This document shows, piece after piece, positions 49,850 through 63,604 of a stretch of DNA of 64,000 nt. The position numbers were made by a program, and so were the translations under genes. Under the pieces are notes generated by a model. It had not been told where the DNA came from, made no database searches, and worked only from the letters and a program-made list of their open reading frames with translations. Position 1 is the first letter of the stretch, and the number at the start of each line of letters is the position of its first letter. This stretch comes from Octopus sinensis (Eukaryota), in NCBI RefSeq assembly GCF_006345805.1, contig NC_043014.1, forward strand, positions 39,308,001-39,372,000, in the 5' to 3' direction.

Positions 49850-50524
49850 CATACATGCTTGCGTGCCTATATACATACTTACGTACGTACGTACGCACAT
49901 ACATACGTACACACATACATACATATATGCATGTATGCATGCATACATACATACTTACATGGCATACATACATAGCATACACACATGCATACATACATAG
50001 CATGCATACATACATACACACATACATACATGCATACATACATACATACATACATACATACATACATGCATACATACATACATACATACATACATGCATA
50101 CATGCATACATGCATGCATACATACATACATACATACATACATACATGCATACATACATACATACATGCATACATGCATGCATACATACATACATACATA
50201 CATACATACATACATACATGCATACATGCATGCATACATACATACATACATACATACATACATACATACATGCATACATACATACATACATACATACATA
50301 CATACATGCATGCATACATACATACATACATGCATACATGCATACATGCATGCATACATACATACATACATACATACATACATGCATACATACATACATA
50401 CATGCATACATGCATGCATACATACATACATACATACATACATACATACATACATGCATACATGCATGCATACATACATACATACATACATACATACATA
50501 CATACATACATGCATACATGCATG

Positions 50525-50556
<32 letters not shown>

Positions 50557-53500
50557 CATACATACATGCATACATGCATGCATACATACATACATACATA
50601 CATACATACATACATACATACATACATGCATACATGCATGCATACATACATACATACATACATACATACATACATACATACATGCATACATGCATGCATA
50701 CATACATACATACATACATACATACATACATGCATACATGCATGCATACATACATACATACATACATACATATGCATACATGCATGCATACATACATACA
50801 TACATACTACATACATACAACATACATACATGCATACATGCATGCATACATACATACATACATACATACATACATACATACATACATACATACATGCATA
50901 CATGCATGCATACATACATACTACATACATACATACATGCATACATACATGCATACATGCATCATACATACATACATACATACATACATACATGCATACA
51001 TGCATGCATACATACTACATACATACATACATACATACATGCATACATGCATGCATACATACATACATACAACATACATACATACATGCATGCATGCATA
51101 CATACATACATACATACATACATACATACATGCATACATGCATGCATACATACATACATACATACATACATACATACATACATACATGCATACATTCATG
51201 CATACATAATACATGCATACATACATACATACATACATGCATACATGCATGCATAATACATACATACATACATAATACATGCATGCATACATACATACAT
51301 ACATACATACATACATACATACATGCATACATGCATGCATACATACATACATACATACATACATACATACATACATACATGCATGCATACATGCATACAT
51401 ACATACATACATACATACATGCATGCATACATACATACATAGCATGCATACATACATACACACATACATACATGCATACATACATACATACATACATACA
51501 TACATACATGCATACATACATACATACATACATACATACATACATGCATACATGCATGCATACATACATACATACACACATACATACATACATACATGCA
51601 TACATACATACATACATGCATACATGCATGCATACATACATACATACATACATACATACATACATACATACATACATACATACATACATACATGCATACA
51701 TGCATGCATACATACATACATACATACATACATACATACATACATACATACATACATACATACATACATACATACATACATACATACATACATACATACA
51801 TACATACATGCATACATGCATGCATACATACATACATACATACATACATACATGCATACATACATACATACATGGCATACATGCATGCATACATACATAC
51901 ATACATACATACATACATACATACATGCATACATGCAGCATACATACATACATACATACATACATACATACATACATGCATACATACATACATACATCAT
52001 AATACAGTAACATGCATGCATACATACATACATACCTGCATAAATGCATACATGCATGCATACATACATACATACATACATACATGCATACATACATACT
52101 ACATGCATACATGGCATGATAACTACATACATACATACATACATACATACATGCATACATGCATGATACATACATCATAGATACATACACACCTACATAC
52201 ATACATGCATACATGCATGCATACATACATACATACATACATACATATACATCATACATGCTACATGCATGCATACATACATACATACATACATACATAC
52301 ATAATACATACATGCATACATGCATGCATACATACTACATACATACATACATACATACATACATACATGCATACATGCATGCATACATACATACATACAT
52401 ACATACATACATACATGCATACATGCATGCATACATACATACATACATACATACATACATGCATACATGCATGCATACATACATACATACATACATACAT
52501 ACATACATACATACATACATGCATACATGCATGCATACATACATACATACATACATACATACATACATACATACATACATGCATACATGCATGCATACAT
52601 ACATACATACATACATACATACATGCATACATACATGCATACATGCATGCATACATACATACATACATACATACATACATGCATACATGCATGCATACAT
52701 ACATACATACATACATACATACATACATGCATACATGCATGCATACATACATACATACATACATACATACATGCATGCATGCATACATACATACATACAT
52801 ACAACATACATACATGCATACATGCATGATACATAAATACATGCATACATACATACATACATACATACATACATTCATGCCATACATACATCAGCATACA
52901 AACTACATACATGCATACTGCATGCATACATAATACATACATACATGCAGCATGCATGCATACATACATACATACATACATACATACATACAGACATGCA
53001 TACATGCATGCATACATACATACATACATACATCATACATACATACACATACATGCATGCATACATGCATACATACATACATACATACAACATGCTGCCT
53101 ACATACATCATAGCATGCATACATACATACACACATACATACATGCATACATACATACATACATACATACATACATGCATGCATACATACATACATAATA
53201 CTACTACATACATGCATACATGCATGCATACAAATACATACACATTACATACATACATACATGCATACATACATACATACATGCATACATGCATGCATAC
53301 ATACATACATACATACATACATACATACATACATACATACATACATACATACATACATGCATACATACATGCATACATGCATCATACATACATACATACA
53401 TACATACATACATGCATACATGCATGCATACATACTACATACATACATACATACATACATGCATACATGCATGCATACATACATACATACAACATACATA

Positions 53501-54810
53501 CATACATGCATGCATGCATACATACATACATACATACATACATACATACATGCATACATGCATGCATACATACATACATACATACATACATACATACATA
53601 CATACATGCATACATTCATGCATACATAATACATGCATACATACATACATACATACATGCATACATGCATGCATAATACATACATACATACATAATACAT
53701 GCATGCATACATACATACATACATACATACATACATACATACATGCATACATGCATGCATACATACATACATACATACATACATACATACATACATACAT
53801 GCATGCATACATGCATAATACATACATACATACATACATGCATGCTACATACATACATAGCATGCATACATACATACACACATACATACATGCATACATA
53901 CATACATACATACATACATACATACATGCATACATACATACATACATACATACATACATACATGCATACATGCATGCATACATACATACATACACACATA
54001 CATACATACATACATGCATACATACATACATACATGCATACATGCATGCATACATACATACATACATACATACATACATACATACATACATACATACATA
54101 CATACATACATGCATACATGCATGCATACATACATACATACATACATACATACATACATACATACATACTTACATGCATACATACATACATACATACATA
54201 CATACATACATACATACATACATGATACATACATACATGCATACATACACACATACATAAAGCCTACAGACATACATACATACATACATACATACATACA
54301 TGCATACAGACATACATACAACATACACACAACATACATACATACATGCATACATACATACATACATGCATAGGATGCATACATGTACTACATACATACA
54401 TACATACATACATACTACATACATAATACATGCATACATGCATGCATACATACATACATACATACATACATACATACATACACATACATACTTAATGATA
54501 CATCATACATACAACATACATACATACATACATACATGCATACATACATACAGCATACATACATACACACATCCATACATGCATACATACATACATACAT
54601 ACATACATACATGCATGCATACATACATACATAGCATGCATACATACATACACACATACATACATGCATACATACATACATACATACATACATGCATACA
54701 TACATACATACATACATACATACATACATGCATACATGCATGCATGCATACATACATACATACATACATACATACATACATACATACATACATACATACA
54801 TACATACATA
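49850..54810 (+). repeat. ~5 kb (CATA)n/(CATG) tetranucleotide array
   Basis: Direct reading; source of all HTYI/MYVC pseudo-ORFs. Confidence 0.97.
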
Positions 54811-55490
54811 CGTACGTGCAAGGCGGAGGGTGTCTTGGCATCACTAACCAAATCCTTTGTGAGCCGCTCTCCGGCTATCTATCTGCGGCTTTATATAGCT
54901 ATGGTAAGACCTCACCTGGAATTTGCATCACCGGTCTGGAACCCCTATCTTGCCCAGGACATCAATCATCTGGAAGCTGTTCAGCGACGTGCAACCAAAA
55001 GAATACCCTCCATCAGGCATTTGCCATATTCTGAACGCCTTACTTCCCTGGGCATGGACACATTGAAAAACCGACGTCTGGCAGCTGACTTGGCAGACAC
55101 CCATAAAATTATCAACCATCGCACAAACAATAACTCTGAGCACCTCTTCAAACTCCACCCGTCTAACACCTGTGGACATATTTACAAAGTAAGAAAACAG
55201 CACAGCTCCCATGACTTTCGGAAACGTTTTTTCACACTAAGAGTTGCTGAAGCGTGGAACAAACTGCCGACATCGGTTGTTAGTTGTCGGAGCACTGCAT
55301 CCTTCAAGACTTCCATGCTTCCTGAGATTCGCCAACACTACACTTGATTTTCTCCCCTCCATACACACACAAGCATGTTCACTTTCCAGACATTTCTACA
55401 CTACTGCATGTACTTTATATGCACTTTCTGACAAGTTGTGGTGCACCTGAGCACTGTATACAATAATTTCATTATATTATATTATACATA
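54811..55490 (+). mobile_element. 5'-truncated CR1-type LINE (second family)
   Basis: VRPHLEFASPVWNPY...LEAVQRRATK...RVAEAWNKLP in ORF 54664-55347; CATA repeats on both sides. Confidence 0.88.
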
Positions 55491-55984
55491 CATACATACA
55501 TGATGGCTGTCTGTTCATGACTGAGGATGACCATCACTGACCATTGCTCAAGCAACATGACAGCATCCCCGTGCATGAGGTTATTGTATGCGCGGTTGGC
55601 TCCACTAATCAGAGAGCACAAAACCTCAGTACAACACACACACACAAACCTGCGCGCACACAACCGCGTGCGTACACACACACACGCAATCAAACCCGCG
55701 CACATGCAAACACACTAATCCCCCTCCCCAAACGCACACAAATACACACACATACACGCGTACACACACACACACACACACACATACACACGCAAACCCG
55801 CGCGCATTCAAACACACTAATCCCCCTCCCCAAACGCACACACACACACACACACACACATACACGCGTACACACACACACACATACACACAGACACACA
55901 TTTACTTCCATCTTCTTTTCATTTTCATATTTACTTTGAGTTTCGCCTCCCAGTCATGTTCTCTAAATAATTACTCCTTAACTT

Positions 55985-56290
55985 TGCAGCATCTGCTGCA
56001 AGCCCTCGTGTCGTCGCTCGTCACACGGAGGGGGTAAAAAATACAAGAAATACAGGGGTCTGACAGGCAGCCATCAGTTTGTGCCGGTCGCCGTGGAGAC
56101 GTCAGGGATTCTAGATCTCCACAAAATAGAGATAACGTCGATCCGTCGGAGAAATAAGCCCCTCAAGGTAGAGTCACTGTTGTAGCGAATGCCGTTGACC
56201 ATTCTCCAAGGCAACACTACTGCGATCATTACTGCAGGGTGCGACTGAACACCCCACCCTTCCTGTGATATGTGCCCCATCGCCTCTTTC
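55985..56290 (+). mobile_element. REL-endonuclease non-LTR (CRE-like) C-terminal fragment
   Basis: KYRGLTGSHQFVPVAVETSG...LL*RMPLTILQGNTTAII resembles F.P.AVET.G...QR.S..IQRGN. Confidence 0.55.
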
Positions 56291-56424
56291 CTCTCCATCA
56301 ACCGCTGCCTCCTCCACCTTTTTCCTTTTCTTTCTTTTTCTTTCTCATTTCTCTTCTTTCCTGTTTCTTTGTATTTAAATGTTCTAATAAAATAAAGTAC
56401 AATTTTTCAATTAAAAAAGTTCCC

Positions 56425-56855
56425 AGGAGTGGCTGTGTGGTAAGTAGCTTGCTTACTAACCACATGGTTCCAGGTTCAGTCCCACTGCGTGGCACCTTGG
56501 GCAAGTGTCTTCTACTATAGCCTAGGGCCGACCAAAGCCTTGTGAGCGGATTTAGTAGATGGAAACTGAAAGAATCCCATCGTATATATGTATATATATA
56601 TGTGTGTGTGTGTGTGTTGTGTGTGTGCGTGTGTGTGTGTCTATGTTTGTGTGTCTGTGTTTGTCCACCCAACAACACTTGACAACCGATGTTGGCGTGT
56701 TTACGTCTCCGTAAACTAGCGGTTCGGTAAAAGAGACCAATAGAATAAGTACTAGGCTTACAAAGAATAAGTCCTGGGGTCGATTTGCTCGACTAAAGGC
56801 GGTGCTCCAGCATGGCCACAGTCAAATGACTGAAACAAGTAAAGGAGTAAAGAGC
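56425..56855 (+). mobile_element. SINE family A
   Basis: Family match; partial copies also at 13497-13660, 48890-49010 and 57304-57466. Confidence 0.85.
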
Positions 56856-57274
56856 TAATTAATTTAATGTTGAAGTTTAAATGCTTACTGTTAAGTTAAA
56901 GGGGCGTAATTTCATTGGTTAACTTCATTGTTAAATTAATGAGAACCTAAAGAAACATAATGAATACCATTATAGTGGGAAAACAAAATTCGTATTCAAT
57001 TTAGATTTCCTTTTTTATTTCCATATATTATTTCTATATTCTATAATCTAGTTTTCGTCTCTCGTATCTTTCTCTCTTCTAGAAGTACTTCGTAAATGAG
57101 GGAAAATATTAGAGTGATCTCCCTTGTTTATAAATTCAACGAATGACAGTTTGTGGTCGCCGTAGGTACATAAATGAATGCATACATGCATCCATCTCGT
57201 TGGAGTAAATAAACATATATGCAGTTGCTCTCTCTCTCTCTCTCTCTCACGCATGTACACACACATACACACTT

Positions 57275-57307
<33 letters not shown>

Positions 57308-57462
57308 CGACGGGCTTCTGTCAGTTTCCGTCTATCAAATTCACTCACAAGGCTTTGGTCAGCCCGAGGCTATAGAAGACACTTACCCAAGGTGTCACGC
57401 AGTGGGACTGAACCCGGAACCATGTGCTTGGTAAGCAAGCTACTTACCACACAGACATACCT

Positions 57463-57517
<55 letters not shown>

Positions 57518-57518
<1 letters not shown>

Positions 57519-59945
57519 TAGCAGCATAGCCCGGCGTTGTCCGGGTATGTAAGAGCCCCTAGTAGGCAACGACTAATCCCGATCTAGTCCTTTCCCTCTA
57601 GGAAACGAAGGCGCATGTGTAGGTTGCAATGTCTTCTCTTCACTCGAATACTTCTGTGTATACGACGTTCCTAGCTGTCCCTTTGGGCGAAAACATGAAA
57701 ACATCATTGCGCCTCCCAACGCGTGAACAGCCCACGTAGAGTTGACCGTGGGCGAAGCACTGCTCGCCCAAATGTAACCCAGCGACTTGTAGCGTTTGGC
57801 CTTGGGATTTATTGATGGACATTGCGAAGCAGAGTTTAACAGGAAACTGAGAACGCCTGAAGTGGATTGGTAGGTCAGCGCCCGACGGTTGAAGGTGCAT
57901 GCGTGGAATGAAGACGTCCTCTCCCTTCCCACAACCGGTAAGTATTGTGGCCGTTATTAAATGTGGTGCCAAATGTTTCACAACCAGACGTGTGCCGTTG
58001 CACTATTTAGGTGGAACCAAATTCCTGATGAGCATAATGGGCACACCGACTTTTAACTTCAGGATGTGTGGCGGCAGACCTGGCGGTTCAAGTGAATTCA
58101 GGAATTCAACAGGATAATCGGCAAGCTCGGCGGGGTCTGCTGTCCTATCTATAGATTTGTAGACGTGGACATCACCAGGAATAGCTTCAAGTACCTGGAT
58201 ATTGATGGAGTTGACGGTTGTATTTTTGGGTGCGAGAATAGCTCTGCCTGCCAGCCATTTTAGGTTGCGTAATTTGTTTTGTAGGTCGTGGAAGACAGCG
58301 TCCCGGAGGCTAGCAGGGGTGTCGACAGTGATGCAAAGTGAGTCCAATTGAACGCAGCCGTCCGCATCAGCCGGCATCCTATTTTCACCGAGCGATAAAA
58401 GGTCCCTGGAGAATGCAGCGGATCCGCTGTCACCAATCAACTGCGCGCGCATGTTAGTTTGGGGGTGCAAGGGCCGCACATGTGCCCAAAGAGCTGACGA
58501 CTTAAGGCACGCGCGCACGGCATCGGCACGGATTCCTTTTGGAATAACAGGTAGAGTCTGCCTGAAGTCTCCTGAAAGAAGTAAAGTCAATCCTCCCATG
58601 GGGGCCGTAGAGTCTCTGATGTCTTGCAGGGCCCTGTCCAGTGCCTCAAGGGCGCCTTTGTGTACCATAGTGCACTCGTCCCATACGATGAGTTTGCATC
58701 TGCGCAGAATGTCGGCCTGTTCTGAGTTCTTGGCGATGTTGCAGATATGTGACTCGGACTTTGCCAGATCGAGCGGGAGTCTGAAGGCAGAGTGGGCGGT
58801 TCTGCCACCCAGAAGCAACGTGACCGCGATACCTGAGGAAGCTACAGCCAGGGCAATGTCCGTGTTGCGTCTGACCTCCGCCAGAATTAGTTTCGTGACG
58901 AAGGTTTTGCCAGTGCCGCCAGGTGCGTCAAGGAAGTAAATCCCTCCACGTTGTTGTCTGACAGAGTCTACGATGGTGTTGTAGGCTATGTGCTGGTCTG
59001 GAAGCAGTCGTGGTTCATTATCTTGGACGTACTGGTGCAGTTCCTCAATGCAGTAGGAAGTTTCACGTAACAATTCAGCAGACATAACATTGGCGTGTTC
59101 ACGTGTGGGTGATGGAAGGCCGTAGTCCGTTAAAGCAGAGCCACCCATATCGATGACAGCGTCTTCGAGTTGAATAAGCGCAAAATTGTAAATGAAGTTG
59201 GTGAACGTGATCTCGACGGGAGGGCAGTAATCTTTGGTTTGTATGTGGGATACCTTGAAGATTAAGTCTAGATTTCCTCCTGTGGGTTGAATTATCGATA
59301 GCTGTTTGATAGTTATTTGGGGGAGTAAGAGTTAAAGAAGGTCGAGTTGCGTCCCCTACAAATCGGTTTGCTATGTGTACCACATATGATTTAATTAACC
59401 GATTTTTTTTCCAGTAATAAAGTATCCTATTGAAATAAAAAGAGCCATATAGCTCCTTGGAGCAGACACGATGCTCGCTGTGAATTAAAAAAAAAATCCT
59501 GCCAATTTGTTAAAGATATTGTCGAAAATATGTCATCTTGAATTTGAACGTGATTTCCTAAAATGGCATGATTTTATCGATTTTTTCTGATGGTAAGGTA
59601 TTGCATGGAAAACTAACGTCAGAATTAAGTTTCTTAGGGTAACATTAAGCTTCACCATGAGTTTGGTGAAAATCGATTGCAAGTTGCGAAAACTACAACA
59701 GAAAATGTGTTGCATATGAAAAGCTTAGATTCTCGCCCCTATGTCGAATTTATCGATTTTTTTCAGAACTGGGGGAAATTTTCAAAATTTTCGCTGTGTT
59801 AGTTTTGAATTATGACATTGGGCTATGTGTGTGTCAAGCTTCATCAGAATCGGTTGAAAGCCGTGGTCAGGGTGAGGATACAACCTGACAGACACACAGA
59901 CAGACAAACTGCTTTTTATATATATAATATATATAATATATATAA
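57518..59945 (-). mobile_element. internally deleted Helitron carrying the PIF1-like helicase domain
   Basis: 3' CTAG at 57518-57521 with GC hairpin 57529-57546; 5' (TA)n-AAAAAGCAGTTTGTCTGTCTG; no Rep domain seen. Confidence 0.88.
57640..59210 (-). pseudogene. Helitron PIF1-family helicase ORF with one in-frame stop
   Basis: DAPGGTGKT, IVWDECTM, SGDFRQTLP, ILAPKN, FAMSINKSQGQT and HGQLYVGCSRV motifs; ORFs 58003-59148 and 57640-57981 are one frame split by TAG at 58003-58005 (PPK*CNGTRL). Confidence 0.9.
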
Positions 59946-60316
59946 ACAACTAATAAATAAGGGCAAACGAAAAAATTTCTAATACCAAATATGCCGAAAT
60001 TAGACACATTGTCCATATAACCATTATAATTTTTTCACACTACGCACGCTACTCAAAAAAGGTCGACAGAAATTTCTAAAAAATTCCATTATTACCATAT
60101 CGGACCGATTTCAGGGTTAGTTCGTAAGAACCCTTCCTTCGTCAGTGATAAATGTGGCAAAGAAATAAATGAGACACTTTAGAAATTTCTGTCGACCTTT
60201 TTTTGAGTAGCGTGCGTATTGTGAAAAAATTATAATAGTTATGGACAATGTGTCTAATTTCGGCATATTTGGCATTAGAATTTTTTTCATTTGCCCTTAT
60301 TTATTAGTTGTTTATA
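59941..60316. repeat. inverted repeat (~140 bp arms, 97 bp spacer)
   Basis: 59941-60080 vs 60178-60316; hammerhead motif in spacer. Confidence 0.9.
60098..60150 (-). ncRNA. near-intact type I hammerhead motif in spacer of inverted repeat
   Basis: TATCA-CTGACGA-AGG...GTTC(TTAC)GAAC...CCT-GAAA-TCGGT-C-CGATA; A.C mismatch at the core-adjacent stem I pair. Confidence 0.55.
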
Positions 60317-60393
60317 AATTTAACCTTTAAAGGTATTTTTTAATATGCTGGCCACTGATAAAATTTTTTTTTCGAAAAAATTTTATCCTACAT

Positions 60394-60456
<63 letters not shown>

Positions 60457-62574
60457 AATAATATATAAATATATGCATATATACATACACATATATATGT
60501 ATATATACATGCATTTATGGGTACAGGACATAAAAAAAAACGTTGAACACAATGAGAAACGAAAACAGAAACGGACTTTTTTTTCAAACAACGAAAATAA
60601 TAGAGAAACAAGACATACAACACAAGGAATATTCCCCTTCTTCAGTTGTCCCTGTTTCATCTACACCCAGGTATTTCGTCTGCCATTACGTTCTGAGTTC
60701 AAATTCCGCCGAGGTCGACTTTGTCTTTCATCCTTTCGGGGTCGATTAAATAAGTACCAGTTACGCACTGGGGTCGATATAATCGACTTAATCCTTTGTC
60801 TGTCTTTGTTTGTCCTCTTGTCCTCTCTGCGTTTAGTCCCTTGTGGGTAGTAAAGAAATAGGTACCAAACTATATATCTCCCCTGGTAATTGATTTCGCT
60901 GAACGTGAACCAGAAAAGTTGAAATGTTGAGAATCTTTTTAACTTGGGTCTTTAATAGTTTAAACGAGTCTTTTCGCTCAACATGTTAACGTAATCCGTT
61001 TGTTAAATACGCGATCATGTTTGATGTATAGGATGTGTATTAAATATTGTTCAATTGTTTGCTGCTATAGCAGAGTTCTGAATCTATTAATGATGGTGAT
61101 GATAACAACCCAAACGATTGCCACAATTACAATCATAAGTAGAACAGAATTACGAGTATAATAATGACCGTAATGTTAGCGAGCTTAGGACTAACGCAAT
61201 AACAACAATTTATAATTAATTTTACAACAATGAGCTTATTGTACACAATGCCCGTGTTTACTATACAGCTCGTTGGAAAAGGGTAAAAAACGGGACAAAA
61301 AGGAATCGACAATGATAGCCAAAGTAAACAGGTTAAACGAAAAACGAAAAAAATGACTTGTAAAAAAGCTACAAAGAGGAAAGGGTGCGTAGGCACTCAG
61401 GGGCAGTACAAATTTAGGGAAGCATGGGACTTTTTAAGGATACAGTATCCCGACAGACAACAACTAACGTGGTTAGTTTATTTCATACTTCGACAATTCT
61501 GAGTGTGCAAAATAAAAATAGTTTCCGGAAGTCATGGATGCTGTTTTTTTATTTCTTTTATTTTATGAACATGGCCACGGGTGGTAGAGGTGATGAATTC
61601 AAAACGATGATCAAAATTATTGATAGAAAGCTGGGGGATACTTTCACAGGCTTCTTCCAAGCCAGATGTTTGATATCGAAGCCTTAGTGTGTTGATTACC
61701 AGAGAAGCAAGACTTTCAAGTTATGGTCAGAGAACGACGGGAGGGCATTCGTCTAGCGGCTTGTTTCTGGACAGCTTCTAGCAATTGGTATATTGGAAAA
61801 AAAATGGGGGTTCTGGATTGACGATGCAAGGTCTACGTGTGACCGTACCTTAGTCATGCATAATTTTTAATAGATAGCCGGCGAGTGGTTGATAAAAGTC
61901 TTACTGAGTAATACTTTCGATCTTTTTTGACGATTTTAGACATATAGTTTGCCAGTCAGAAGTCCATTGCTGCCTTGTGTCCAGGTCAGATTGCTTGAAA
62001 GCGCTATAGTGTTATAGGATTCGTTCTTTTTGTCTCAAGCTACAGAATAATGTTGTGTGTGTATTTTAATACAATAGGTTCGTGTGTCATATAGCTAGCT
62101 AGAGGCGATGACCTCTTGGAGCTAATCAACGGAAGCTTTCGTCCTATATTTATGGGCTGCCATATTAGCCTGGCGATAACTGTTAATATCCAGTACCGCT
62201 GACGTAGTCTCATTTAGAGAGACTTAGAAATAATAATATTTCTACTTATAATTTTTCCTTTCATTTTACTTGAATTGCGTTTTTCCTAGAATCAAATTGA
62301 ATGACCTATTATGTTTGATTTGTGAAATACACGTTCTCATTGATTGTCTATGTCTGAGTCATATCAGAGTTTCTCTAGGATCATTTCTACAGGTATGTTT
62401 AACTATCTTTCTGTTTAATTCTATGAATTTGTATGTTTGTTAGGACTGATTACAGTCCAAATAAACACAGGTATCTGTGCGTTATCATATTCATTTAACG
62501 GTTTGATATGTACACTTCTATAAACATACATACATATACACATATATACATACGTTTATTGCGCTCAGAAGTGG

Positions 62575-62576
<2 letters not shown>

Positions 62577-62662
<86 letters not shown>

Positions 62663-62690
62663 CGTGTGTGCGTACGTGCGTGTGTGTGTG
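62577..62690 (+). repeat. (TG)n microsatellite
   Basis: Direct reading. Confidence 0.95.
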
Positions 62691-62996
62691 TATTGAAATA
62701 TTTCCACCAAATGCTTCTTCATATTTTGAAATGTTTTAAATGGGTAAGGTTTACGTAAAGGAAGTGTTTCCTTACATATATTTTCTTATATATATTACAG
62801 AAACTTAAAAAGTACATATTAAACGATTTCAAACTATCACTTTATTATTACACCTTAAACACACACACACTGGCATATCTGTATATATGTATAATGGTAT
62901 ACGGACATTCACGAAACATTAGCATATCAACTTAAGGCGAAATATTTGCATTATGGTAAAAGGACATATTTACTGGTACCAAACTATATATCTCCC

Positions 62997-63604
62997 TGAA
63001 GGCGGCGAGCTGGCAGAAACGTTAGCACGCTGGGCGAAGTGCTAAACGGTATTTCGTCTGCCGTTACGTTCAGAGTTCAAATTCCGCCGAGGTCGACTTA
63101 GCCTTTCATCCTTTCGGGGTCGATTAAATAAGTACCAGTTACGCACTGGGGTCGATGTAATCGACTTAATCCGTTTGTCTGTCCTTGTTTGTCCCCTCTG
63201 TATTTAGCCCCTTGTGGGTAGTAAAGAAATAGGTATTTCGTCTGCCGTTACGTTCTGAGTTCAAATTCCGCCGAGGTCGACTTTGCCGTTCATCCTTCCG
63301 GTCGATAAATTAGGTACCAGTTACGCACTGGGGTCGATGTAATCGACTTAATCCCTTTGTCTGTCCTTGTTTGTCCTCTCTGTGTTTAGCCCTTTGTGGG
63401 TAATAAAGAAACAGGTATTTCGTCTGCCATTACGTTCTGAGTTCAAATTCCGCCGAGGTCGACTTTGCCTTTCATCCTTTCGGAGTCGATTAAATAAGTA
63501 CCAGTTACGCACTGGGGTCGATATAATCGACTTAATCCTTTGTCTGTCCTTATTTGTCCTCTTGTCCTCTCTGCGTTTAGTCCCTTGGGGGTAGTAAAGA
63601 AATA
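62997..63604 (+). mobile_element. SINE family D, head-to-tail trimer within one 22 bp TSD
   Basis: GGCGGCGAGCTGGCAGAAACG head, GACTTTGCCTTTCATCCTTTCGGGGTCGAT core (Meta-domain-like); TSD GGTACCAAACTATATATCTCCC at 62975-62996 and 63605-63626. Other copies: 60668-60862 (+); 37800-38035, 40216-40372 and 21830-21990 (-). Confidence 0.85.

Noticed and set aside
49148-54851. Dozens of long ORFs (HTYI/MYVC repeats, up to 743 aa)
   Set aside because: Translation of (CATA)n/(TATG)n, which lacks stop codons in most frames; no coding signature.
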